A DNA stretch of 47,024 nucleotides from Gammaproteobacteria bacterium (lineage in GTDB: Bacteria > Pseudomonadota > Gammaproteobacteria > BMS3Bbin11): positions 1 through 47,024 of the forward strand of contig JASJFV010000388.1 of assembly GCA_033791885.1 (NCBI GenBank), given 5' to 3'. The notes under the pieces are model-generated. The model ran no database searches, had not been told where the DNA came from, and worked only from the letters and a program-made list of their open reading frames with translations. How positions within the stretch are numbered: the stretch's first letter is position 1; each line of letters opens with the position of its first letter. Below, in pieces: positions 36,775 to 45,667 of this stretch. A program made the position numbers and the translations under genes.

Positions 36775-37098
36775 ATGACATTCGTGGTAACTGAACCCTG
36801 TATAAAATGTAAATATACAGATTGTGTCGATGTCTGCCCTGTTGACTGTTTTCATGAGGGTGAGAACTTTCTCGTCATCGACCCGGAAGAGTGTATTGAC
36901 TGTGTATTATGTGTCATTGAATGCCCGGTAGATGCTATCTATGCAGAAGCTGATGTACCTGAAACCATGCACTCATTCATTGATTTAAATGCACAACTGG
37001 CCAAAGTCTGGCCAGTTATTGATCGCTCTATCCTGCCGCCGAAAGACGCAGCTATGTGGGCCGGTATAGAGGGGAAGTCACAGTATCTGATTAAATAG
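36775..37098 (+). CDS. fdxA: 7Fe ferredoxin (3Fe-4S plus 4Fe-4S), FdxA type
   Basis: 107 aa. [28 protein letters not shown]...[16 protein letters not shown] shows the classic Azotobacter-type cysteine pattern. Confidence 0.9.
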   Translation: MTFVVTEPCIKCKYTDCVDVCPVDCFHEGENFLVIDPEECIDCVLCVIECPVDAIYAEADVPETMHSFIDLNAQLAKVWPVIDRSILPPKDAAMWAGIEGKSQYLIK

Positions 37099-37181
37099 CC
37101 TCATAGCTTTCTGTGTGATCCTCATCCTCATCTTTATGCTTCTGCGGATGCAGCTTTCGAATAGCACCTGCCGAATAATAT

Positions 37182-38117
37182 CTAGTCGATCTTAAGCGGG
37201 TTTTGTGGTTTCGAATTTACGTGTAATGTAAAAATATCCGGGCGCGAGTAATGACCTGCAACATCGAGGTCCCTTTTTCTGATGCCAACCTGACGGGTGT
37301 CAACCTCGGCATAAAGAATGCCCTTTTCATTATGCAGCGGTCCCGCAATGATCTCTCCCCCAGGTGCAATAACGCAGGAATCCCCCGGGTTTATCCATTC
37401 TTCTGATGCAGGATACAATCTGTCTTTTTCCGGGAAGTCTTCCGGTATATCGTCATTTGATAGAACAACACCGCTGCCGATGACCCAGCAACGACCTTCA
37501 CGTGCAATATGCTGGAGGGTGCCAATCCAGTTATCTCCACTGTCATAAGTAGGTGCAATATAAATCTCGATACCCTGGGAGTAGAGGGCATATCTGGCCA
37601 GTGGCATGTAATTTTCCCAGCACAACAACGTACCAATACGTCCACTGGGTGTCTCAACTACTTTTAATCCACTGGCATCTCCAAACCCCCATACCATCCG
37701 TTCCGGGTTGGTAGGCATTAATTTGCGGTGATGGTTAATGAGTTCACCTTGCGCTCCGATGATTACCGCCGTGTTGTATAGTGTCGTATTCCCCGGCTGG
37801 CTACCTTTCTCGTTGACTCCACAGGTTATGGTTACATTATGTGATTTAGCTGCTTCATAGAGGGGAGCAAGATCGCCGCGCTGAATATTGACCGCGTTTT
37901 CCAGTAAGCGTGCATATAGCTGTTCGCTCAAGCCCCAGTCACCACCAGGTTTAAGACGCCAGATCCATGCGGGGTAACCGGGGATAAATGCCTCCGGAAA
38001 TATAATCAGATTTGCCCCATTCGCCGCAGACTCCTCCACCAGAGATACTGCTTTTTGAATTGTCTTCTCTCGATCGAGAAATACAGGTGGTTGCTGAATG
38101 ATTGCTATTTTGCTCAT
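37182..38117 (-). CDS. Nitrilase (carbon-nitrogen hydrolase superfamily, branch 1)
   Basis: 311 aa. The Glu-Lys-Cys triad contexts are FPEAFIPGYP, HHRKLMPT and LLCWENYMP. Confidence 0.85.
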   Translation of the reverse strand: MSKIAIIQQPPVFLDREKTIQKAVSLVEESAANGANLIIFPEAFIPGYPAWIWRLKPGGDWGLSEQLYARLLENAVNIQRGDLAPLYEAAKSHNVTITCGVNEKGSQPGNTTLYNTAVIIGAQGELINHHRKLMPTNPERMVWGFGDASGLKVVETPSGRIGTLLCWENYMPLARYALYSQGIEIYIAPTYDSGDNWIGTLQHIAREGRCWVIGSGVVLSNDDIPEDFPEKDRLYPASEEWINPGDSCVIAPGGEIIAGPLHNEKGILYAEVDTRQVGIRKRDLDVAGHYSRPDIFTLHVNSKPQNPLKID

Positions 38118-38452
38118 ATATGATTCTCATTGTGAGTATGAAAATGAAGGAAGATATTCATTGCAGTAATACTAACAATTATTGATCAAACAATTCAGTT
38201 ACTTTTTTTCTTACGTAGATGAAAATTCCAGCACATTGCGGAGAGGTGATGTCAGAATGATTGTGAAAAAATACGAATAACAGCAAATACATTGGCACTT
38301 TCATCTTTTCATTCCTGAGATAAGCGGGTAATGTGTTAGTCACGCGATTCAGGGTATACCAGCACTCATATTAACTACTTAACTGCTGCTCTCTACGCCA
38401 GTCGCAAAAAGTTTATAGAAACAGGCTTCAGCAGCGGAGAATTTTACACATA

Positions 38453-38893
38453 ATGATTGAATGGCTACAGGGCAATGAAACTGTAATATGGTGGCTGGTC
38501 GCATCCTCAGTATTTACATTTGTTCTTTCATTGATACTCGTTCCAATGATGGTGGTTCGTATACCCGCAGATTATTTTTCCTATAAAAAGCGCCACCCTA
38601 AAAAGCCTGAAAAATATCCGCCTGCTGCTCGTATAGTTCTACTGGTTTTTAAAAACGTAATGGGTCTCGTGCTGGTATTAGCCGGCATATTAATGCTTGT
38701 ATTGCCGGGGCAGGGACTGTTCACGATGTTTGTAGGCATTATGATGATGAACTTTCCCGGTAAGTATAAGCTGGAGCGCTGGATAGTTGAGCGTGGACCC
38801 GTACTTAAATCAATTAACTGGATGCGCAGGCGAGCCGGCCATGAGCCATTAAAAACATATAAGGATGACGGGCCAGCCAATCCTGGTTACTAA
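38453..38893 (+). CDS. Small membrane protein (PGPGW-like)
   Basis: 146 aa with three hydrophobic segments. LVLPGQGLFTMFVG resembles the PGPGW-domain motif. Long AT-rich non-coding DNA flanks it on both sides. Confidence 0.55.
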   Translation: MIEWLQGNETVIWWLVASSVFTFVLSLILVPMMVVRIPADYFSYKKRHPKKPEKYPPAARIVLLVFKNVMGLVLVLAGILMLVLPGQGLFTMFVGIMMMNFPGKYKLERWIVERGPVLKSINWMRRRAGHEPLKTYKDDGPANPGY

Positions 38894-39180
38894 GATAAAT
38901 CATGCAGTCGATACGCTGGCAATGTATCGTGCTGAACTGACTTGAATTCCCTGCCAGAAATGCGCGATGTTTCTGATTGCATGCAGCTATAGTGTTGTTG
39001 CAGAAAGATGCACAAATTACCAGCAGGACAAATGGATTTATCGCTTTTTTCTCTACTGGACGAGTATTTCCTGCAAGAAACCGCTGCAATCGCTCACTGG
39101 ATTGATCAGGGCAGGTAGCGAGAGGTCATACTTGAGTTACAAAGAAATGCTTATTATGTTCAATGAACGAGGAGCAAGAA

Positions 39181-39597
39181 ATGTCAAAAATTAAGTTTAG
39201 CGGAAGCTGTCTCTGTGGCTCTGTTCAATACGAAATAGAAGGTGATTTTGAACGTTTTTCTCATTGCCACTGTCAGAGATGCCGCAAGGCTACAGGCACA
39301 GGTCATGCCAGTAATATCCTGGTCTCACCACTCTCCAGCCTCAGGTGGATAAGTGGCGAATCACTACTTATGCGTTATAAAGTACCACAGGCAAAGAGGT
39401 TTCATAACTGTTTCTGTGCACAATGCGGCAGTCCCATGCCAAGAGCATTATCACAACTAGATGCTGTCCTCATACCCGCAGGGTCTATTGATAGTGAATT
39501 AGCGAAAGTACCTCAAAACAGGATATTCTGGGACTCTCGTGCCTCTTGGTCATGCCCTGCCGGCGATCTGCCTGTGTATTCTGAATACCCTGAATAA
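39181..39597 (+). CDS. GFA-family (glutathione-dependent formaldehyde-activating / CENP-V-like) zinc protein
   Basis: The SGSCLCGSVQYEI...HCHCQRCRKATG cysteine pattern is present. ATG 39181 has GAGGAG upstream. Confidence 0.8.
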   Translation: MSKIKFSGSCLCGSVQYEIEGDFERFSHCHCQRCRKATGTGHASNILVSPLSSLRWISGESLLMRYKVPQAKRFHNCFCAQCGSPMPRALSQLDAVLIPAGSIDSELAKVPQNRIFWDSRASWSCPAGDLPVYSEYPE

Positions 39598-39711
39598 CAC
39601 AATATTCAGTCACCATGCCTGTATAACCTGTAGTGGTTGCCTTGAAAGCTGCTCTATAAGTGAAACAAACTGCGCAAATACTGCAGCTCCGAAAACTATG
39701 AATAAAAAAAG

Positions 39712-40947
39712 ATGAAGGGTATATTTTCCACAGTAATAATTTGCTTCGGATTCTTTTCCATTGCCTTGTTAGTACTTCCGTGGGTTGATGATCTACCTCA
39801 GGGACTTAAACTTGTCAGGCATTTTCTCCCTTATCCTGTATTAATTATTACAATCATTCTGAGTCTGTCCTTTAACCAGACCCGGCTGTTTTTTGTTCTA
39901 TACCTGACATCGATTTTTCTACTGTTGATATTAGGCGATGTGAAGCCCCCGGCTTATTTTTCTCCTATAGACCAGTTCAAGTTTATTCAACTTGTCTTAC
40001 TACTCTATCTCTGCGCTATTGTATTTTTTCTCTATTCAAAAGAACGCGGAGTGTTAACAATGCGGGGGCTATTGCGCCTGATTCTTTGCTCAGCACTACC
40101 TTTGATCCCTCTCTGGTTAGCAGGGGAAAATTCATTCATCAGTACGGACTGGCTCAGCGTTCAGGTATTTCCTCTGGAAATCAGCCAGAGACTACCATTG
40201 CCCGACATAACAGTCGCATCTTATCTTCTTGTTATGCTGATACTGTTATCTTCATTGTTATTTCGCCCTGGCGTAGTGGTAAGCAGCTATTTTGCCTTAC
40301 TCACAGGCGCGGGTCTGGCACTGTATTATTTTCCGGCAATGGCGCGCGTGGAATTTATTATTACCGTCGCCTTGTTCGTTGTGCTGGTATTTATTTTACG
40401 TAATAGTTTTCACCTGGCCTACCAGGATGAACTGACCGGGTTGCAGGGCAGGCGTGCACTGCGCGAGCAATTGAACAAGCTGGGCAGTGTCTATAGCATA
40501 GCCATGCTGGATGTTGACCTATTTAAAAAATTTAATGATCGCTACGGTCATGATGTGGGAGATCAAGCCCTGAAAATGGTAGCTGGTCATATAGCCAGAA
40601 CCGGTGGTGGCAGTAAATCGTATCGTTATGGTGGTGAGGAATTTACACTGGTTTTCTCTGGAAAATCAAAGGAAGATGCCAGGCCCTGGCTGGAATCATT
40701 ACGGCAATCTATAGCAGAAGCAGATTTTATTGTACGTGAAAAAAAGCGACCCAGGTACAAGACGTCTGCGACTGTAAAAAAACCCGCAAAGAAATCAGGG
40801 CGCTCCAATAAGCGTGCAAAAATTACGGTTAGTATCGGTGTTAGAGATAACCAGGGTGCGGCTAATACTCCGGATATTGTTCTCAAGAACGCTGATAAAG
40901 CGTTATATCGTGCCAAAAAGAAAGGTCGAAATCGTGTCAGTACCTGA
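39712..40947 (+). CDS. Membrane-anchored diguanylate cyclase (GGDEF domain)
   Basis: About 230 aa of polytopic N-terminus precede a GGDEF domain (DELTGLQGRRAL, FNDRYGHDVGD, YRYGGEEF, ADKALYRAKKKGRNRV). A basic insert lies before TVSIG. Confidence 0.85.
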   Translation: MKGIFSTVIICFGFFSIALLVLPWVDDLPQGLKLVRHFLPYPVLIITIILSLSFNQTRLFFVLYLTSIFLLLILGDVKPPAYFSPIDQFKFIQLVLLLYLCAIVFFLYSKERGVLTMRGLLRLILCSALPLIPLWLAGENSFISTDWLSVQVFPLEISQRLPLPDITVASYLLVMLILLSSLLFRPGVVVSSYFALLTGAGLALYYFPAMARVEFIITVALFVVLVFILRNSFHLAYQDELTGLQGRRALREQLNKLGSVYSIAMLDVDLFKKFNDRYGHDVGDQALKMVAGHIARTGGGSKSYRYGGEEFTLVFSGKSKEDARPWLESLRQSIAEADFIVREKKRPRYKTSATVKKPAKKSGRSNKRAKITVSIGVRDNQGAANTPDIVLKNADKALYRAKKKGRNRVST

Positions 40948-41077
40948 AACGGATATGACCTGTTCATAAACCTGGCACCTGGTTTAGAATACCCCTCTTT
41001 TTTTATTCACAGTTTGCAGCTTTTGCTGACGGCATTCAGCGCGTTGGTAGAATGAGCTGCAATATACCGGCTCTAAA

Positions 41078-42385
41078 ATGAAGGTTCTGATGAAATATAA
41101 ATTGTTAGCCTGTCTGTTCATAATTCCTGTGCTTTTATCAGCTGAGGCTTATTGCTATGAGAGCCTGGCGCTGGATATTCTGGATGAAGAATTGACCATT
41201 GACCGATATCCTGCAAAAGGCGATCAGGTGGTGTTGTTTATCGATACGGGTATGGGACTAAAGGAGCGAACAAAAACAATCTCGTCTGCTGTGGCAGAGC
41301 GTGGCATTGAACTCTGGTATATCGATCTTGTTGAAAGCCTTTTTCTGCCGAGAGCCACAAGTACATTTCGGGAAATGGATGGTCGTTATGTCGCAGGATT
41401 AATATCCCGGGCACATGCGGTTACCGGTAAGAACGTTACCGTCTTGACTCGTGCCTATGCATCTATTCCATCGTTACGGGGGATTCGCAAATGGCAGCAG
41501 CAACAGTCTTCAAATCTAACTGAAGAGAAGCTGAACAAGCCAAATTCTGATTACCTGAATGGTATCATTCTACTATCACCTGAACTTTACATGAGCATAC
41601 CTGAACTTGGGCTCGAGCCGGTTTTTGCACCTATTGCATCAGCAACCAATGTTCCTGTGATGTTGTTACAAAGTGGCAAACGAGGTAACCGGTGGCAAAT
41701 GGAGAAGGTAGTGGCTGAACTGCAAAAAGGCGGTTCCCAGGTATATTCCAAACTATTTCCGGGTGTGACCGGAATTTTTTATGCTGAAGACAAGGCAGTG
41801 GAAACTGCTGCCCTGATCAAGGACTTCCCACGTGAAATTGAGCGCGCGGGGCATCTCCTCGAGAATACGTCTACACCCATAGCTGTTACAGCGTTTACGG
41901 AAAAAGCGGCAGTTGCCGATAGCACACTTGATATGTCACTCAAACCATATAAAGGTAACCCGATACCTCCAACGCTGAACCTTTCTGCTGCACTTGATAC
42001 TAAGGCCGGTGAAGTGGATTACAGAGGCAAAGTTACATTGGTTAACTTCTGGGCAACCTGGTGCCGGCCATGTGTTGAAGAAATACCTTCACTGAATCGA
42101 TTACGAAAGCAGATGCACGGAAAACCATTCCAGCTGATATCTGTTGATTATGCTGAAGCGCAGGAGACCATCCGGGTATTCATGAAGGAGGTGGACGTAG
42201 ACTTTCCTGTGCTCCTTGATACGGATGGCAATGTTTCAGCGCAATGGAATGTAGTGGTTTTTCCCTCAACATTTGTCATCAACCCAGAAGGTAAGATTGT
42301 CTATGGAGTAAAGGGGGGTATTCACTGGGATACAGAAGAGGTCATTAAGTTGCTGGATAACCTGCTGGATCAAAACTCGGGCTAA
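41078..42385 (+). CDS. Secreted fusion protein: unknown approximately 290-aa N-terminal domain plus TlpA/ResA-like thioredoxin-fold domain
   Basis: A signal peptide is present. The C-terminal approximately 140 aa carries VNFWATWCRPCVEEIP (CxxC) and a TlpA-like layout. The N-terminal part is unassigned. Confidence 0.75.
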   Translation: MKVLMKYKLLACLFIIPVLLSAEAYCYESLALDILDEELTIDRYPAKGDQVVLFIDTGMGLKERTKTISSAVAERGIELWYIDLVESLFLPRATSTFREMDGRYVAGLISRAHAVTGKNVTVLTRAYASIPSLRGIRKWQQQQSSNLTEEKLNKPNSDYLNGIILLSPELYMSIPELGLEPVFAPIASATNVPVMLLQSGKRGNRWQMEKVVAELQKGGSQVYSKLFPGVTGIFYAEDKAVETAALIKDFPREIERAGHLLENTSTPIAVTAFTEKAAVADSTLDMSLKPYKGNPIPPTLNLSAALDTKAGEVDYRGKVTLVNFWATWCRPCVEEIPSLNRLRKQMHGKPFQLISVDYAEAQETIRVFMKEVDVDFPVLLDTDGNVSAQWNVVVFPSTFVINPEGKIVYGVKGGIHWDTEEVIKLLDNLLDQNSG

Positions 42386-42518
42386 TCAGTCTTATGCTGA
42401 CTGAAGTCCCGATAATGAATACACTATTGATTCAGTGGGTTCAAATATCCAGCAACACCTGCAGTTTGCTAGAATCCGCCGGAACTTAATACTTTATCAG
42501 CCTGCCGGGTGAAAACAG

Positions 42519-43445
42519 ATGTCTCAAATTGCGGTTGCCGCTCTTTATCAGTTCGTTACCCTTGACGACTATAAACAACTACGCCAGCCATTGCTGGACT
42601 GCATGTTGAAGCATGAAATCAAAGGAACTTTTCTGCTCGCCCGGGAAGGTATTAATGGCACGGTAGCCGGAGACAGAAGCGCAATAGAAGCGTTACTCGA
42701 GTGGCTGCGCTCAGATCAGCGCTTCAAGTCTGTCTCGTGTAAATTCTCCTACCATCAGGAAGTCCCTTTTTATCGTACCAGGGTAAAACTGAAAAAAGAG
42801 ATTGTTACCATGGGTGTGGAAGGTATCGATCCTCGCCGTAGTGTTGGAACTTATATTGAGCCTGAACACTGGAATGCCCTTATCTCAGATCCCGATGTCA
42901 CTGTCATTGATACACGGAATTTATACGAAACACAGATAGGATCATTCCAAAATGCAGTTGCTCCGGAGACCGGGTCGTTTCGTGAATTTCCGGAGTTTGT
43001 AAAAAATAATCTGAGCGTCAACAAAAACAGGAAAGTTGCAATGTTCTGTACTGGCGGCATTCGCTGTGAAAAGTCGACGGCTTATCTAAAACAACAGGGG
43101 TTTGACGAGGTTTATCACTTGCAGGGCGGCATCCTGAAATACCTTGAAACTATCCCTGAAGAAGAAAGCCTGTGGCAGGGAGAATGTTTTGTCTTTGATA
43201 ATCGCGTGGCAGTGAATCATGCCCTGGAACAGGGGCGTTATTCACAATGCCATGCCTGCAGGATGCCTATAACAGAAGCGGATAAAGAAAGTGATCATTA
43301 CCATCCCGGGGTCAGTTGCCCTAAATGCTATGAAAAAACCACGGAACAACAGCGTACACGTTTTGCGGAGAGGCATAAACAGATTGAGCTTGCCCGTCAA
43401 CGTGGGGAAGATCATATAGGCTCAATCAAAATAGAAAAAAACTAG
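42519..43445 (+). CDS. trhO: Rhodanese-domain tRNA U34 hydroxylase TrhO (YceA/UPF0176)
   Basis: 308 aa. N-terminal [12 protein letters not shown]...[14 protein letters not shown], the rhodanese active-site loop [10 protein letters not shown] and a C-terminal Cys-rich tail are present. Confidence 0.85.
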   Translation: MSQIAVAALYQFVTLDDYKQLRQPLLDCMLKHEIKGTFLLAREGINGTVAGDRSAIEALLEWLRSDQRFKSVSCKFSYHQEVPFYRTRVKLKKEIVTMGVEGIDPRRSVGTYIEPEHWNALISDPDVTVIDTRNLYETQIGSFQNAVAPETGSFREFPEFVKNNLSVNKNRKVAMFCTGGIRCEKSTAYLKQQGFDEVYHLQGGILKYLETIPEEESLWQGECFVFDNRVAVNHALEQGRYSQCHACRMPITEADKESDHYHPGVSCPKCYEKTTEQQRTRFAERHKQIELARQRGEDHIGSIKIEKN

Positions 43446-43461
43446 CTGAAACGAGTTGCAG

Positions 43462-43500
43462 AAAAAAGCAGGCATGGATTGGCGATATATTCTTCCATGC
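43462..43500 (-). terminator. Possible terminator downstream of pbpG
   Basis: GCATGGA (43472-43478) pairs with TCCATGC (43494-43500) in a 7-bp stem with a 15-nt loop. On the minus strand it is followed 4 nt later by TTTTTT (complement of 43462-43467). Confidence 0.4.
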
Positions 43501-43577
43501 AACAATGGCTGGTTTCACCAGCAGAGGTCTTGATTACTTACTATGTAGGCTGCAGCAGGAAGGATGCTGAAATCTGC

Positions 43578-44519
43578 CTAGCTTTTAACACCTGATTCAA
43601 TCCACTTACGTATACGATTTGAATCACCGGTGGGAGTGAGTTTTCCGTATGAATTCAGCAGCACGATAACAAGCGGCTGATGCGCAATCTCGGCCTGCAT
43701 AGTAAGGCAGCGTCCTGCTTCGTGGATATAACCTGTTTTGCTAAGACGGATTTCCCAGTCTTTGCTTTTGAGTAGACGATTGGTGTTACCGTAACGCAGC
43801 GGACCACGACCCTTGTAGGGGTAAACCATCATCTTCTGAGTTGTTGTTGCCTTTCTGATAAGAGGATATTGTAGAGCACTACGAACCATAGTGACCAGGT
43901 CCCGGGCAGATGCCTTATTACCTGACTTGAGGCCGACCGGGTCGGCGAAGCGGCTGTTCTTCATGCCAAGGGATTGTGCCTTTTTGTTCATTGCGCTGAT
44001 AAAGGCCTGCATTCCACCAGGGTAGGTGCGACCCAGTGCAGCGGCAGCACGATTTTCAGATGACATCAGAGCAAGGGATATCATTTGCTTGCGCGTGAGT
44101 GTTGCACCGTATTTAAGGCGTGACCCTGTTCCACGAATTGTGTCTCTGTCTGCTTTGGTGATAGTAATTTTCTGATCGAGTGGTAATTTCGCATCAAGAG
44201 TCACCATCGCTGTCATCAGCTTTGTGATGGATGCTATAGGGCGGGCATTATTCGCGTCCTTGGCATAAACGTCATTGCCATAGATGTCGACTACCAGAGC
44301 AGAGGCTGATTTAAGCTTTAGTTTCTTAGGATTGAGTGAACGCCATTTTTTGCTTGAGGCTGCTTTGCGAGTTTGTCCGTCATCACTTAATTTCGCCAGC
44401 AGAATTGTGTCATCTGTAATGAACTCAACAGTACCGTTTGCCCTTTCATCTTTTGCTAATGAGGATGTGCTCAATAGTGTGAGGGCAAGGAAAAATGTAA
44501 ATGCTGGTTTATTCATCAT
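43578..44519 (-). CDS. pbpG: D-alanyl-D-alanine endopeptidase (PBP7/PbpG-like, S11 family)
   Basis: 313 aa with a signal peptide. The SxxK (SITK), SxN (SSEN) and KTG (SKTGY) motifs occur in the correct order. Confidence 0.8.
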   Translation of the reverse strand: MMNKPAFTFFLALTLLSTSSLAKDERANGTVEFITDDTILLAKLSDDGQTRKAASSKKWRSLNPKKLKLKSASALVVDIYGNDVYAKDANNARPIASITKLMTAMVTLDAKLPLDQKITITKADRDTIRGTGSRLKYGATLTRKQMISLALMSSENRAAAALGRTYPGGMQAFISAMNKKAQSLGMKNSRFADPVGLKSGNKASARDLVTMVRSALQYPLIRKATTTQKMMVYPYKGRGPLRYGNTNRLLKSKDWEIRLSKTGYIHEAGRCLTMQAEIAHQPLVIVLLNSYGKLTPTGDSNRIRKWIESGVKS

Positions 44520-44622
44520 TTAAGTATATTCATGTTTAACGGACTACAGGTTATTCTAAAGTTAGCATAAAATCACTAAGTATGGGGAGTCTATCTTATA
44601 CGGCCGCATGATTGCAGGTGAA

Positions 44623-45657
44623 ATGATGAAATTTAATCAAATTGGCGAAAGCGAGCTCAACGTATCAGAGCTCTGCCTGGGAACGATGACTTTTGGTGAG
44701 CAAAACTCATTGGCTGAATCCAGCAAGCAACTGGATTACGCCATCTCGCGTGGTATCAACTTCATTGATACAGCTGAAATGTATCCTGTACCGCCCCGTG
44801 CAGAGACACAGGGTTCGACCGAGCAGTATGTTGGCCAATGGCTTAAACAGCAGCAGCGCGACAAACTCGTTATCGCTAGCAAGGTGACAGGTCCTTCACG
44901 TGGTTTTGAATGGATACGGGGCGGTCCGCGAATTAATCGGCAGCATATTGAGCAGGCTATCGATGACAGCCTGCAACGCTTACAGACAGATTACATCGAC
45001 CTTTACCAGATACACTGGCCTGACCGGAATGTACCCATGTTTGGTCAGAGTCATTTCGATCCGAACCATGAGAGGGATACAGACTCTATTGCTGAGCAAC
45101 TGCAGGTTTTTTCTGACCTGGTGAAAGCAGGCAAGATTCGTTATCTAGGTCTCAGCAATGAAACGCCCTGGGGCGTAAGCCAGTTTATTTCTGTTGCCAG
45201 GGAAACAGCGACACCGCGAGTTATCTCAATCCAGAACTGCTTCAACCTGCTTAATCGCACCTTTGAATCCGGCCTGAGTGAGACTTGCTACCATGAAAGT
45301 ATTGGTATGCTGGCATATAGTCCTCTTGCTTTTGGCTTTTTGTCGGGGAAGTATCTTGAACCCGATGCTACTGGACGTGTCACACTTTTCCCTGGCTTTG
45401 CACAACGTTACAGCAAGGTGAATGTCAGCGAGGCCGTTACGGAATATTGTAAGCTGGCAAAAAGTGCAGGCCTTTCGCCTACCGCTATGGCAATGGCTTT
45501 TGTCCGTCAGAAATCATTCGTAACGAGCACGATTATTGGTGCAACCAGTCTGCAGCAGTTAGAGGAAGATATAGATGGCGCAAGTATAAGACTGAGTGAT
45601 GACCTGCTTGGCAAAATAGATTCCATTCATCAGCGTTTTCCAAATCCGGCACCCTGA
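44623..45657 (+). CDS. NADP(H)-dependent aldo/keto reductase (Tas-like)
   Basis: LNVSELCLGTMTFGEQ, INFIDTAEMYP, DLYQIHWPDR and YLGLSNET are present. The start is ATG 44623 or 44626, after AGGTGA. ATG 44608 is less likely. Confidence 0.9.
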   Translation: MMKFNQIGESELNVSELCLGTMTFGEQNSLAESSKQLDYAISRGINFIDTAEMYPVPPRAETQGSTEQYVGQWLKQQQRDKLVIASKVTGPSRGFEWIRGGPRINRQHIEQAIDDSLQRLQTDYIDLYQIHWPDRNVPMFGQSHFDPNHERDTDSIAEQLQVFSDLVKAGKIRYLGLSNETPWGVSQFISVARETATPRVISIQNCFNLLNRTFESGLSETCYHESIGMLAYSPLAFGFLSGKYLEPDATGRVTLFPGFAQRYSKVNVSEAVTEYCKLAKSAGLSPTAMAMAFVRQKSFVTSTIIGATSLQQLEEDIDGASIRLSDDLLGKIDSIHQRFPNPAP

Positions 45658-45667
45658 AGCTCATAGA

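Noticed and set aside
39032-39118. 28-codon ORF in the spacer before the GFA gene.
   Set aside because: It is too short, has no clear RBS and matches no family that I recognise. It is mentioned only as a possible gene remnant.
38814-39194. ORFs 38814-39089 (minus strand) and 38967-39194 (plus strand) in the spacer after the PGPGW-like gene.
   Set aside because: They overlap each other on opposite strands. They are Cys/Phe/Ser-rich and lack motifs and RBSs. The plus-strand ORF also runs into the better-supported GFA gene start.
40973-40987. Sigma-54-like element TGGCAC-N5-TTAG upstream of the TlpA-fusion gene.
   Set aside because: The -24 GG element is good, but the -12 element reads TTAG instead of TTGC. 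No enhancer-binding protein gene is nearby. A single weak match is not enough.
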